The notes beneath the pieces were generated by a model, which made no database searches, was not told where the DNA came from, and worked only from the letters and a program-made list of their open reading frames with translations. A stretch of DNA of 19,932 nt from Candidatus Auribacterota bacterium (GTDB lineage: Bacteria; Auribacterota; UBA6266). This document shows positions 1 to 8,467 of the stretch, one piece after another (within the stretch, counting starts at the first letter, position 1; each line of letters begins with the position of its first letter). Location of the stretch: the NCBI GenBank assembly GCA_023136205.1, contig JAGLRQ010000072.1, positions 1 to 19,932 on the forward strand, written 5' to 3'. A program made the position numbers and the translations under genes.

Positions 1-3
1 AAA

Positions 4-79
4 TGGTGGGCGGTACAAGGCTCGAACTTGTGACCCCCTGCTTGTAAGGCAGGTGCTCTACCAACTGAGCTAACCGCCC
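4..79 (-). tRNA. tRNA-Val (anticodon UAC), CCA encoded
   Basis: The reverse complement folds as a full cloverleaf: GGGCGGT-TA-GCTC-AGTTGGTA-GAGC-A-CCTGC-CTTACAA-GCAGG-GGGTC-ACAAG-TTCGAGC-CTTGT-ACCGCCC-A-CCA. The anticodon loop is CU-UAC-AA. Confidence 0.93.
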
Positions 80-140
80 CCACCAAAACTCTTCATATCT
101 CACAAAAAAACACAGAATGTGTTCCCAAATTCTCCGCGGC

Positions 141-169
141 ATACTACATTATTACATCTTTTTAGTCAA
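141..169 (-). promoter_or_regulatory. Candidate sigma70-type promoter for tRNA-Val (TTGACT-N17-TAGTAT on minus strand)
   Basis: Plus-strand AGTCAA at 164-169 is TTGACT on the minus strand. ATACTA at 141-146 is TAGTAT. The spacer is 17 nt and the site lies about 60 nt upstream of the tRNA 5' end. Confidence 0.5.
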
Positions 170-193
170 TAAAAAAATGGGTGCTATTGTTCA

Positions 194-222
194 TTGACTA
201 AATGCCTGAGCAAAATTATAAT
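194..222 (+). promoter_or_regulatory. Near-consensus sigma70-type promoter TTGACT-N17-TATAAT for the deoA operon
   Basis: TTGACT lies at 194-199 and TATAAT at 217-222, with an exact 17-nt spacer. The predicted +1 (229-230) coincides with the A of ATG 230. Confidence 0.6.
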
Positions 223-229
223 CTTGACC

Positions 230-1549
230 ATGGAAAATACATGTTTAACCCCTTACGAAATAATCTTAAGCAAGCGCGGCGGAAAAGAGCTTACCGAAAA
301 CCAGATAGCTTCAATGGTAATGGGATTCACATCCGGGAAGATTCCTCAATATCAATTTTCCTCTTTCCTCATGGCTGTTTACTTCAGGGGAATGACGGGC
401 AGAGAAACCTGCTTTCTCACAAAATGCATGATGAATTCAGGTGAAATTCTGGATTTATCTTTTCTTAAGAAAAAAACTGTTGATAAACATTCTACGGGCG
501 GGGTCGGAGACAAGGTGTCCATTATTCTTGCTCCCATTGCAGCGGCAGGCGGAGTTCCTGTACCAATGATGAGCGGCAGAGGATTGGGACACACAGGAGG
601 AACGCTTGACAAACTTGAATCAATCCCGGGATTTAAAACAAACCTCACAAAGAAAACATTTTTCCGGCTTTTGAAAAAATCAAATATAGCAATGATAGGA
701 CAGACTGATAAAATCGCGCCGGCAGATAAAAAAATGTATGCTTTAAGGGACGTAACAGCAACAGTAGAAAGCATCCCTCTCATTGCTTCCAGCATTATGA
801 GTAAAAAATTAGCCGAAGGGACTGACTGTCTTATTCTCGATGTTAAAACAGGAACAGGCGCTTTCATGCGGAAAATGAAAGATGCCGAAACTTTGGCCCG
901 CCTTTTGGTAAACATTGCTAAAAGAATGGGGAAAAAAGTGACAGCTCTGATAACTGATATGAACCAGCCGCTGGGTACGGCAGTTGGCAATTCCCTCGAA
1001 ATAAAGGAATGCATTGAAACGCTTAAAAACAGCGGGCCGGAGGACCTCACAAAATTATGTGTTGAACTCGCGGGTTATATGTTTGCTATAAGCGGAAAAA
1101 CAAAAAATAAAGAAAGCGGACGCGGCCTCGCAAAAAAACTTCTCGCCAATGGAACAGCTCTAAAAAAATTCAGGGAGATGGTAAAAAATCAGGGCGGCAA
1201 TATAGCTTCAACGGAAGATACCTCTTTGCTGCCGAAAACAAAATATAATAAAAAAGTTTTATCACCAAAAACCGGTTTTATAAAAAGCATAAATGCCCTG
1301 GAAGTAGGGCTTACAGCCGTTTTTATCGGGGCAGGCAGGGAAAAACTTGACGCCAGTATAGACCACGGAGCCGGCTTCAAGTTTTTCAAAAAGGTATCCG
1401 ACCGCGTAAAAAAAGGTGACGCAATTTTAGAGATACATTGTTCTTCTAAAAACAAACTTGGAAAAGCCGAAAAAAGAATCTTAAAGTGCATAAGCTTTTC
1501 AAAAACAAAACCCCGAAAACCGCGCCTTATCTATAAAGTAATTAAATAA
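230..1549 (+). CDS. deoA: Thymidine / pyrimidine-nucleoside phosphorylase
   Basis: The ORF-track frame is 194-1549. I start it at ATG 230 (MENTCLTPYEIILSKRGGKEL) because the upstream codons coincide with the promoter hexamers. Family motifs are DKHSTGGVGDK and SGRGLGHTGGTLDKLESIPGF, and the length is about 439 aa. The Met in VPMMSGRG (Lys in Bacillus-type PyNP, from memory) suggests the thymidine-phosphorylase type. Confidence 0.92.
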   Translation: MENTCLTPYEIILSKRGGKELTENQIASMVMGFTSGKIPQYQFSSFLMAVYFRGMTGRETCFLTKCMMNSGEILDLSFLKKKTVDKHSTGGVGDKVSIILAPIAAAGGVPVPMMSGRGLGHTGGTLDKLESIPGFKTNLTKKTFFRLLKKSNIAMIGQTDKIAPADKKMYALRDVTATVESIPLIASSIMSKKLAEGTDCLILDVKTGTGAFMRKMKDAETLARLLVNIAKRMGKKVTALITDMNQPLGTAVGNSLEIKECIETLKNSGPEDLTKLCVELAGYMFAISGKTKNKESGRGLAKKLLANGTALKKFREMVKNQGGNIASTEDTSLLPKTKYNKKVLSPKTGFIKSINALEVGLTAVFIGAGREKLDASIDHGAGFKFFKKVSDRVKKGDAILEIHCSSKNKLGKAEKRILKCISFSKTKPRKPRLIYKVIK

Positions 1550-1578
1550 AAGGTATATTTTTAAAAGGAACCATTTCA

Positions 1579-2490
1579 ATGGAAAGACCCAATTTTTCAA
1601 CAGCTCAGAAAATTTGTATCATGGTTATCACCCTTGTAATGGTTATAGGAATCTCCTTTATTATCAAAAGATTTGAAGCAAAAACGGATAAACAAGCTTC
1701 CTCCCTGAATTCAAACAAGATATCCTCTCCGCAATTGCCTCCAATAAAAATTTCCCAAACCGGTAAAAAACCACAGCCTGTAAAACCGCTTGCGGGAAAG
1801 GAACTCTCAAAAGCTTTACAACACGTGAAAATAGATTTAAATACCGCGTCAACGGAACAGTTTGAATCTCTTTCAGGTATTGGCCCGGTCACCGCTTTAA
1901 AAATCACCCGATTCAGAAAAGACAACGGAAATTTTAGGAACATAGAAGATATCACAAAGGTCCCCGGCATAGGCCCTAAAACATTCGAGAAGATAAAGGA
2001 TATGATATTCGTTGATCCCGCCGGAGATATCAACGGCAATTCTGCCGCAGGCAAAAACGAAAAAATCAATATCAATTACGCGGACATGGAAGAACTTATC
2101 TCTCTTCCGGGAATCGGAAAAAAAACAGCCGCGGCAATATTAGCATACAGGGAGGGAAACGGCGGCTTTAAATCTATTGATGAAATAACAAAGGTCAAAG
2201 GAATAGGAGACGCTAAATTCAAGGAAATATCTCCTCTAATCACAGTTGAAAAAGCAAATACTCCCGGATTAAAAAAACCCCGGTCAAAAGCTTTTTGCGG
2301 CCTTAATATAAACACAGCCACGATTCAGGAAATTGCTATGCTTCCCGGTTTCAGCAAGAATCAGGCTGAAAAAATAGTACGGCACAGAAAAATTAACGGG
2401 CCCTTTAAAACAACTGAAAAGATCGTGGATATTCCAGGGATAAGCTACATGACATATTTCAGGATACAGAAATATATAACGGTTGAATGA
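1579..2490 (+). CDS. comEA: ComEA-family DNA receptor, N-terminal membrane anchor plus three tandem (HhH)2 DNA-binding modules
   Basis: AAGGAA lies 6 nt upstream of the ATG. There is a TM helix ICIMVITLVMVIGISFII. Three roughly 60-aa repeats carry the ComEA pattern: LNTAS..L..L.GIGP..A..I..FR..NG.F..IEDI..V.GIG...FEKIK (aa 84-143, 163-221, 242-300). Confidence 0.88.
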   Translation: MERPNFSTAQKICIMVITLVMVIGISFIIKRFEAKTDKQASSLNSNKISSPQLPPIKISQTGKKPQPVKPLAGKELSKALQHVKIDLNTASTEQFESLSGIGPVTALKITRFRKDNGNFRNIEDITKVPGIGPKTFEKIKDMIFVDPAGDINGNSAAGKNEKININYADMEELISLPGIGKKTAAAILAYREGNGGFKSIDEITKVKGIGDAKFKEISPLITVEKANTPGLKKPRSKAFCGLNINTATIQEIAMLPGFSKNQAEKIVRHRKINGPFKTTEKIVDIPGISYMTYFRIQKYITVE

Positions 2491-3410
2491 AAACTGAATC
2501 AAAAATTATCGTTTTCCTCTCCGCTATCTGCGCTGCCATATGGATTTTAGCGTTCTCTTCCGGCGCGCTAAACAACTCTGTATCGGTTAAAAATATCTCA
2601 TCTTTTAAATCAAGAGGACTGCTTGAAATCCATTTTCTCGATGTCGGGCAAGGCAATTCTACTGTAATAATTACACCAAAAGGAAAAATCCTTGTTTATG
2701 ACGGAGGAAAAAGCGGCAGTGCCTACTCACCCTTTGACGCGGGGGAAAAAGTTGTTGTCCCCTTTCTTAAAAAAAGAGGTGTTGAAGAAATCGATGTGAT
2801 CGTTTGTTCAAGCCCGGATGATGATCATGTGGGCGGCCTTTCCAAATTATATAATAACTTCAAAGTAAAACAAACCTATGATACCTGCCACGCGCATCCT
2901 ACAGAAAGTTACAGAGAATTCCTGGAGGCAGTTGAAAGCAGTAAAAGCAAATTTTCAGTTATAAGGGAAGGGTTGTTAATTAAAATAGATGAAAATATTC
3001 TTATCCAGGCGCTATGGCCTCCGGAGCCGCTTTTTATTGCCAGCTCGCTGTCAAACAACAACTCTGCCGTACTGAAAATCACTTATGGAAACACAACTTT
3101 TCTTTTAACCGGCGACATAGAAAAGCCCGCTGAAACAAAACTGCTTAAATACGCAACCGGCTTAAAATCTGATGTTTATCTTGCTCCCCACCATGGTTCC
3201 AGGACATCCAGCACCCCTTCATTCTTTAAAACATGCTCTCCTGAGATAATCGTTATATCCTGCGGGTATAAGGATAAGTTCAAACATCCGCATCCGGAAG
3301 TTTTAGAAAGATTTGAAAAATCAGGAGCAAAAATCTACAGAACTGATTATAATGGAACGGTATCCCTATACTCTAACGGAGAAAAAATCGAGATACTTAC
3401 TGAAAAATAA
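2487..3410 (+). CDS. ComEC/Rec2-related metallo-beta-lactamase-fold hydrolase (MBL domain only, N-terminal signal/anchor)
   Basis: The ATGA start overlaps the comEA stop. The N-terminus is hydrophobic: IIVFLSAICAAIWILAFSSGA. ComEC-MBL hallmarks are present: EIHFLDVGQGNSTVI, SSPDDDHVGG, TFLLTGDIE, APHHGSRTSS and VISCG. No polytopic competence/channel domain and no DUF4131 are present. Confidence 0.85.
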   Translation: MKTESKIIVFLSAICAAIWILAFSSGALNNSVSVKNISSFKSRGLLEIHFLDVGQGNSTVIITPKGKILVYDGGKSGSAYSPFDAGEKVVVPFLKKRGVEEIDVIVCSSPDDDHVGGLSKLYNNFKVKQTYDTCHAHPTESYREFLEAVESSKSKFSVIREGLLIKIDENILIQALWPPEPLFIASSLSNNNSAVLKITYGNTTFLLTGDIEKPAETKLLKYATGLKSDVYLAPHHGSRTSSTPSFFKTCSPEIIVISCGYKDKFKHPHPEVLERFEKSGAKIYRTDYNGTVSLYSNGEKIEILTEK

Positions 3411-3441
3411 AAAACGAGATACGAAATCACAAGGAGTTTTT

Positions 3442-3822
3442 ATGGACAACAGGCAATTTATCGAAATGGCAAAGAAAGAATGTAAAATTTCCTACTCGCC
3501 TTACTCGAAAATAAAAGTGGGGGCAGCTCTTGTCTCTGAAAACGGGGAAATTTTTGAGGGATGTAATATTGAAAACGCGTCATACGGCCTAAGCATGTGC
3601 GCCGAAAGGGTTGTTTTGTTTAAGGCTGTATCCGAAGGACAGAAAAAATTTACAAAAATTGCGGTCGCTTCCAGCAGCCAGGCAGTTCCTCCCTGCGGCG
3701 CGTGCAGACAGGCACTGTCTGAATTTTCACCTGAAATGGAAGTGGTCTGGGAAGAAAACGGAAAAATTATATCCAAAAAGCTAAACGAACTTTTGCCGCA
3801 TAGTTTTGGATTAAAAAAATGA
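3442..3822 (+). CDS. cdd: Cytidine deaminase (small homotetrameric type)
   Basis: AAGGAG at 3431-3436 lies 5 nt before ATG 3442. Zinc motifs are CAER (MCAERVV) and PCGACRQ. The product is about 126 aa. The ORF-track start at 3313 overlaps the previous gene and is rejected. Confidence 0.92.
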   Translation: MDNRQFIEMAKKECKISYSPYSKIKVGAALVSENGEIFEGCNIENASYGLSMCAERVVLFKAVSEGQKKFTKIAVASSSQAVPPCGACRQALSEFSPEMEVVWEENGKIISKKLNELLPHSFGLKK

Positions 3823-4994
3823 AAAGAAGAGTAATAATAATCGTCCTTGACAGCGTTGGGATAGGAGAACTGCCTGATGCTGCCTCCTTTGGTGACAAAG
3901 GGTGCAACACCTTAGGACATATCGCGGCTACGAGCAAAAGTTTAAACCTTATCAACCTTGCAGCGCTTGGGATAGGCAACATTATCCCTATTCAAAATAT
4001 CGAACCTGTTAAAACCCCCTCGGGATGTTTCGGGAAAATGGCAGAAAAATCCAGGGGGAAAGATACAACTGTAGGCCATTGGGAAATTGCCGGTGTCATT
4101 ACCTCCACACCATTCCCGGTCTATCCCGGCGGCTTCCCTGAAGATGTAATTGAACAATTCAAAAAAGCAGCAGGGAAAGAAATTATCGGAAATAAACCGG
4201 CATCAGGAATTGAAATCATAAAGGAACTCGGGAAAGAACATATTAACACCGGCGCGCTCATTGTTTACACATCAGCCGACAGTGTATTTCAAATAGCCGC
4301 TCATGAAGAAATTGTTCCGCCTGAAAGCCTGTATTTGATATGCGAAAAGGCACGTGAAATACTGCGGGGAAAACATGCCGTAGCAAGAGTAATAGCGCGG
4401 CCATTTATCGGAAACCCGGGTAATTTCACAAGAACCGACAGGAGAAGGGATTTCAGTCTTCCCTGCCCTCAAAAAACCCTTCTGGACCATGCCGGTGAAA
4501 AAGGTATTAAAGTTCTTGGAATAGGAAAAATATGGGACATTTTTAACGGTAGAGGGATACATGAAAGCATTCATATACACAACAACGCCGATGGATGTAA
4601 AAAAACCATAAACGCGATTAACGGAAACCGGGATTCCGGCATCATTTTTACCAACCTTATTGATTTTGATATGAAATACGGGCACAGAAATGATGTGGAG
4701 GGCTACAGGAAAGCCCTTGAAGAGTTCGACGCATTTCTGCCTGAAATAGAAAACTCACTGAAAAAAGAGGATCTTCTCATTTTAACGGCCGATCACGGCA
4801 ATGACCCTACAACTCCGGGTACAGACCACACAAGGGAATATGTTCCTGTTCTCTGCTATGGCAAAGAAATAAAAAAAGGCATATCTCTGGGAACAAGGGA
4901 TTCTTTCTCTGACCTGGGACAGACCGCAGCTGAATATCTCGGCATAGGCCCTTTGAAAAATGGCAAAAGTTTTTTGAAATTAATAAAGGAGTAA
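3819..4994 (+). CDS. deoB: Phosphopentomutase
   Basis: The ATGA start overlaps the cdd stop. The N-terminal motif is [17 protein letters not shown], with TADHGNDPT near the C-terminus. The length is 391 aa. Confidence 0.93.
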   Translation: MKRRVIIIVLDSVGIGELPDAASFGDKGCNTLGHIAATSKSLNLINLAALGIGNIIPIQNIEPVKTPSGCFGKMAEKSRGKDTTVGHWEIAGVITSTPFPVYPGGFPEDVIEQFKKAAGKEIIGNKPASGIEIIKELGKEHINTGALIVYTSADSVFQIAAHEEIVPPESLYLICEKAREILRGKHAVARVIARPFIGNPGNFTRTDRRRDFSLPCPQKTLLDHAGEKGIKVLGIGKIWDIFNGRGIHESIHIHNNADGCKKTINAINGNRDSGIIFTNLIDFDMKYGHRNDVEGYRKALEEFDAFLPEIENSLKKEDLLILTADHGNDPTTPGTDHTREYVPVLCYGKEIKKGISLGTRDSFSDLGQTAAEYLGIGPLKNGKSFLKLIKE

Positions 4995-4997
4995 TCT

Positions 4998-5801
4998 ATG
5001 GCAGAGAAAAATGTATCAAAAGCCGTAACACTTATCCTCAAACGCTTCGGCAAAATACCCGATCTCGCCGTTGTTCTTGGATCAGGCTTATCTCAAAATT
5101 TTGAAGATATTCGAACAATTAAAACGTTATCTTTTAACAATATCCCGGGAATGAAAACAGCAAAAACATCCGGACACCCGGGAATGCTCAAGCTCTGCAA
5201 CTACCAGGGCAAACGATTCATCATTCAGGAAGGCAGAACTCATTATTATGAAACCTTAAATATGCGGGATGTTATTTGGCTAACTTCCCTCCTTTGCAAG
5301 GCAGGTGTTAAAAAGTTCATTATGACAAATGCCGCAGGAGGGCTTAACAAAACATTCAAACCCGGGAATATCATGCTAATACAAGACCATATCAACCTTA
5401 TGGGAACAAACCCTCTATTAACAAGAGATGTAAAAACCCGTGAATTTCTGGATCTTTCTCAAATCTACTCTTCAAAGCTGTCCAAAGCGATAGTCAATGC
5501 CGCAAAAAAGGAACGAGTAACCATTAAAAAAGGAATATACCTTGCGGTAACCGGCCCATGTTATGAAACAAAAGCTGAAGCCGGGGCTTTTAAATCATTA
5601 GGCGCTGATGCCGTTGGGATGTCAACCATACCCGAAGCTATCTGCGCGTTTTCGCATGGAAAAGAAGTTGCCGCTCTGTCCTGTATAACCAATACTCTTC
5701 TTTCAGGAAGGGAAAAGACAACTCACAGCAAAGTTTTATATACCGCGTCTAAATCTTCCGTTAAAATAATGAACATAATAAAAAGGGTTTTAAAAACATG
5801 A
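4998..5801 (+). CDS. punA: Purine nucleoside phosphorylase, trimeric (PunA/XapA/MTAP-like) class
   Basis: AAGGAG at 4986-4991 lies 6 nt before the ATG. Motifs are VLGSGL, GHPG, QEGRTHYYE, NAAGGLN, GPCYETKAE and GADAVGMSTIPE. The length is 267 aa. Confidence 0.9.
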   Translation: MAEKNVSKAVTLILKRFGKIPDLAVVLGSGLSQNFEDIRTIKTLSFNNIPGMKTAKTSGHPGMLKLCNYQGKRFIIQEGRTHYYETLNMRDVIWLTSLLCKAGVKKFIMTNAAGGLNKTFKPGNIMLIQDHINLMGTNPLLTRDVKTREFLDLSQIYSSKLSKAIVNAAKKERVTIKKGIYLAVTGPCYETKAEAGAFKSLGADAVGMSTIPEAICAFSHGKEVAALSCITNTLLSGREKTTHSKVLYTASKSSVKIMNIIKRVLKT

Positions 5802-6019
5802 AAATAACAGCCGTAATAGACAAAATAGAAAATGAAACACAAGCTGTGCTTGAAATTGAAGGGAAAGGCCACATAGCATGGCCGGCAGAGCTGCTCCCGG
5901 AGAACTGCAGCGCCGGATGCGTGGTTTCAATTAAGATTGAAAGAGATTTAGAAAAAGAAAAATCTTTAAAAGAAAACATTTTGAACCTGCAGGAGAAACT
6001 CCTTAAGAACAAACGATAG
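5798..6019 (+). CDS. Small DUF3006-like protein
   Basis: The ATGA start overlaps the punA stop. The 73-aa product follows a pattern I recall for DUF3006: IDKIENETQAVLEIEG....WPAELLPEN...G.VV.... Confidence 0.6.
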   Translation: MKITAVIDKIENETQAVLEIEGKGHIAWPAELLPENCSAGCVVSIKIERDLEKEKSLKENILNLQEKLLKNKR

Positions 6020-6031
6020 GAGAATACTCCA

Positions 6032-8467
6032 TTGCTAAAAAAACTTTTTCATTTCATAATCGCGGTAACTGCCCTTATTGTAATTATCCTGTCCGGGTTA
6101 AGTTTTTACATTAACCATTTCTTCCTGCCGGAACATGGCAAAGAATTAATCCTGACACAAGTTGAAAACATGGCGGGAACAAAAGTTTCTTTCAAAAATG
6201 CTTCGTATGATTTCTTCAGCGGCCTCGTGATAGAAAACCTTGTGATCCCTGATCCATCCGGAAAAAACAAAAATCTCTTCTCCGCAAAAAAAATCGAGAT
6301 AAAAATTTTCGTGCCTGACTTTATTAATAACAACCTCATTATAAAAAAGCTAAAGATAACATCTCCGGAAATTTTCATAAGGAAGAAGAGCGGCGGTAAA
6401 ACCAGTTTATCATCCTTAAAAATAGCTCCCAATACCCTTATTCCGCCATACATATTTTTCAAAGACGGCACAATACATTTTGAAGACCACGATTCCACGC
6501 CTGCTCAAACATTTGAAATCTCGGAAATAAAAGGGCTTCTTTCTACTTCTTTGAGAGGTGTTGTAAGTTTCGAGATCCACGCAAGTTATGGATCTTCAAA
6601 AAATGAAAACGTTCTTATAGCAGGAACCCACTCTATAATTTCGAATAAGACAGATTTAAAAGTCCTTGCGAAAAAAATAAGATTGAAACAATTTAACAAA
6701 TACCTGGAAGAAAAGCCTGGGTTTTCAATTCTATCCGGTGAAACAACAATAAACACATCAATAAAAATTGAAAATTTTTCAAGGTATTTCATCGAAGGCA
6801 GCCTTGTTTTAAATAAATTAAAAGCCGGAGATAAAAACATGACATTTTCAGGCAGTCCGTCTGTTGCAGCCGTCATTGAATTCACCAATGGAAAAAACAC
6901 AAGTTTTGAAGGAATAATAAAAACGGAAAACAGCACGCTATCCTTCAAAGAACAACCTGGTACCCTTGAAAATTTTTCCGGGACGTTTTCTTTCGACAAA
7001 ACCGGTTTTGGTTCTGAGAATTTAGTATTTTCACTGGACGGGCAACAGTTCAAGGGAAAAGTAAAAGCAGATGATTTTAAAAACCCCTCCTGCGGCCTTT
7101 ATCTCTTTACATCCATTTGTGACAACTGGAATTCAAACCCGACCCTGAAAAAATATTTTCCTATCGGAAAAAACATGAATATAACAGGAGACGCGGATGT
7201 TGAATTGTGGATAGACAATAAACGCAATGGTACAAAATATGAGACACAAAAATGCGTAATAGATTTGAAAGGGGTTGAAGTTTTAACACGGGTTTCTCCC
7301 CGGCCTTTTAAAAATGTCGCTGGAAAACTTATATACGAAAACAAGTCGTTTACCACCCATCATCTAACGGGAAAGTACATAAAGGATTTCAGCCTTAAAG
7401 GAAAGGCAACACAGGAAAAATGCCCTAATATAAGATTTGACGCGGTTTACAACGACAATAAGATACTCGCGGACTTCGTCCTCTACCCGGACAGCACAAC
7501 AATAAACTCCCTGCAAATAATAAGAGAAAAAACAAATATAGATATTAGCGGTGAGATAACCAATCCGGCTAAACCCGATTACCGGCTAACCGTATCCGGG
7601 AACACAAATTTCAAGGAAATTTCAAAAATCCTGCCTGCTTTACAACTTGGCCTTTCAAATCCCGAAATGGAGACGATCAATTTTAATGGAATAGTTGAAG
7701 GAAACGGGGGGAAACTCGAAGGAATTAATTGTAGTGATATCCAGTTCTCAATTAAAAAACTGTCCTATGAAAATTTAAAAGTGGAAGATTTTTCAGGCAC
7801 TTTGAAATATATTCCCGGTAAATTAACTCTTAATTTTATCTCCGGCAATTTTTATCATGGTAAAGCAAAAGGTAAAATGACCTTCGATCTAAACCAGAAG
7901 TGGGTTCCCCTTTCTTTTTATATTGAATCTAAAATCAAAAACCTGGAGCTAAACGAATTTCTTAAAGATTTTCTGAAAAAAGAGAACAAAATCTGGGGAA
8001 AAACTGATTTTTCAATTGCTTTTGCCGGTGTGCCAAAAAACCCTTCAACCTTTAAGGGCAAAGGATCTTTTAACATAGCCAATGGAAGGTTATGGAATAT
8101 GGATCTTTTTAAGGGTATCTGGCAAATCCTGGTTTTAAACAACCCTTCACTTAAAAAAGCTGTCTTTACCTCGGTTTCATCAACCTTTACAATCGGAGGT
8201 GAGAGAGTTTATTTCCCTGATGCCATGCTTGAAAGCCGCCATATGGTTTTAATACCGGAAGGATATATAAATTTTGACAGGAGTATCAATTTTGTTATAG
8301 GAACAGAGTTCTACCAGGAAGATGAAGACACCACCCCGGCAAAAATCGCGAAAGGGCTTGGGAACCTGAAGGGAAAGTTTTCAACGATAAGGGCTGCGGG
8401 AACTATTGAAAAACCCAAATTAACAACAGAACTAAAACCTCTTGAAAAAATATTAGAAATAAATTAA
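6032..8467 (+). CDS. Large AsmA-like / DUF748-type envelope protein with N-terminal TM anchor
   Basis: The start is TTG, with AGGAGA at 6018-6023 lying 8 nt upstream. There is one N-terminal helix (FHFIIAVTALIVIILSGLSFYI). The remaining roughly 780 aa are beta-rich and repetitive, as in the AsmA/TamB-like family. The family assignment was made by eye only. Confidence 0.6.
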   Translation: MLKKLFHFIIAVTALIVIILSGLSFYINHFFLPEHGKELILTQVENMAGTKVSFKNASYDFFSGLVIENLVIPDPSGKNKNLFSAKKIEIKIFVPDFINNNLIIKKLKITSPEIFIRKKSGGKTSLSSLKIAPNTLIPPYIFFKDGTIHFEDHDSTPAQTFEISEIKGLLSTSLRGVVSFEIHASYGSSKNENVLIAGTHSIISNKTDLKVLAKKIRLKQFNKYLEEKPGFSILSGETTINTSIKIENFSRYFIEGSLVLNKLKAGDKNMTFSGSPSVAAVIEFTNGKNTSFEGIIKTENSTLSFKEQPGTLENFSGTFSFDKTGFGSENLVFSLDGQQFKGKVKADDFKNPSCGLYLFTSICDNWNSNPTLKKYFPIGKNMNITGDADVELWIDNKRNGTKYETQKCVIDLKGVEVLTRVSPRPFKNVAGKLIYENKSFTTHHLTGKYIKDFSLKGKATQEKCPNIRFDAVYNDNKILADFVLYPDSTTINSLQIIREKTNIDISGEITNPAKPDYRLTVSGNTNFKEISKILPALQLGLSNPEMETINFNGIVEGNGGKLEGINCSDIQFSIKKLSYENLKVEDFSGTLKYIPGKLTLNFISGNFYHGKAKGKMTFDLNQKWVPLSFYIESKIKNLELNEFLKDFLKKENKIWGKTDFSIAFAGVPKNPSTFKGKGSFNIANGRLWNMDLFKGIWQILVLNNPSLKKAVFTSVSSTFTIGGERVYFPDAMLESRHMVLIPEGYINFDRSINFVIGTEFYQEDEDTTPAKIAKGLGNLKGKFSTIRAAGTIEKPKLTTELKPLEKILEIN

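Noticed and set aside
104-123. An AACACA-TTC-TGTGTT hairpin followed by a T-run on the minus strand, between the putative tRNA-Val promoter and the tRNA. It is terminator- or attenuator-like.
   Set aside because: The stem is only 6 bp and A/T-rich. There is nothing upstream on that strand to terminate. It cannot be distinguished from chance in this composition.
379-1050. Long antisense ORFs from the six-frame track. Examples are 379-1050, 1605-2075, 4272-4685, 6586-7053, 8666-8989, 11920-12432, 15773-16237 and 19229-19513.
   Set aside because: Each lies entirely opposite a gene with strong family motifs and has low-complexity or hydrophobic-junk composition without an RBS. They are shadow ORFs typical of AT-rich coding sequence.
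3313-3441. Upstream extension of the cdd ORF, starting at 3313.
   Set aside because: It overlaps the last 98 nt of the MBL gene, and its extra residues have no counterpart in cytidine deaminases. ATG 3442 has a perfect AAGGAG and gives the canonical length of about 126 aa.
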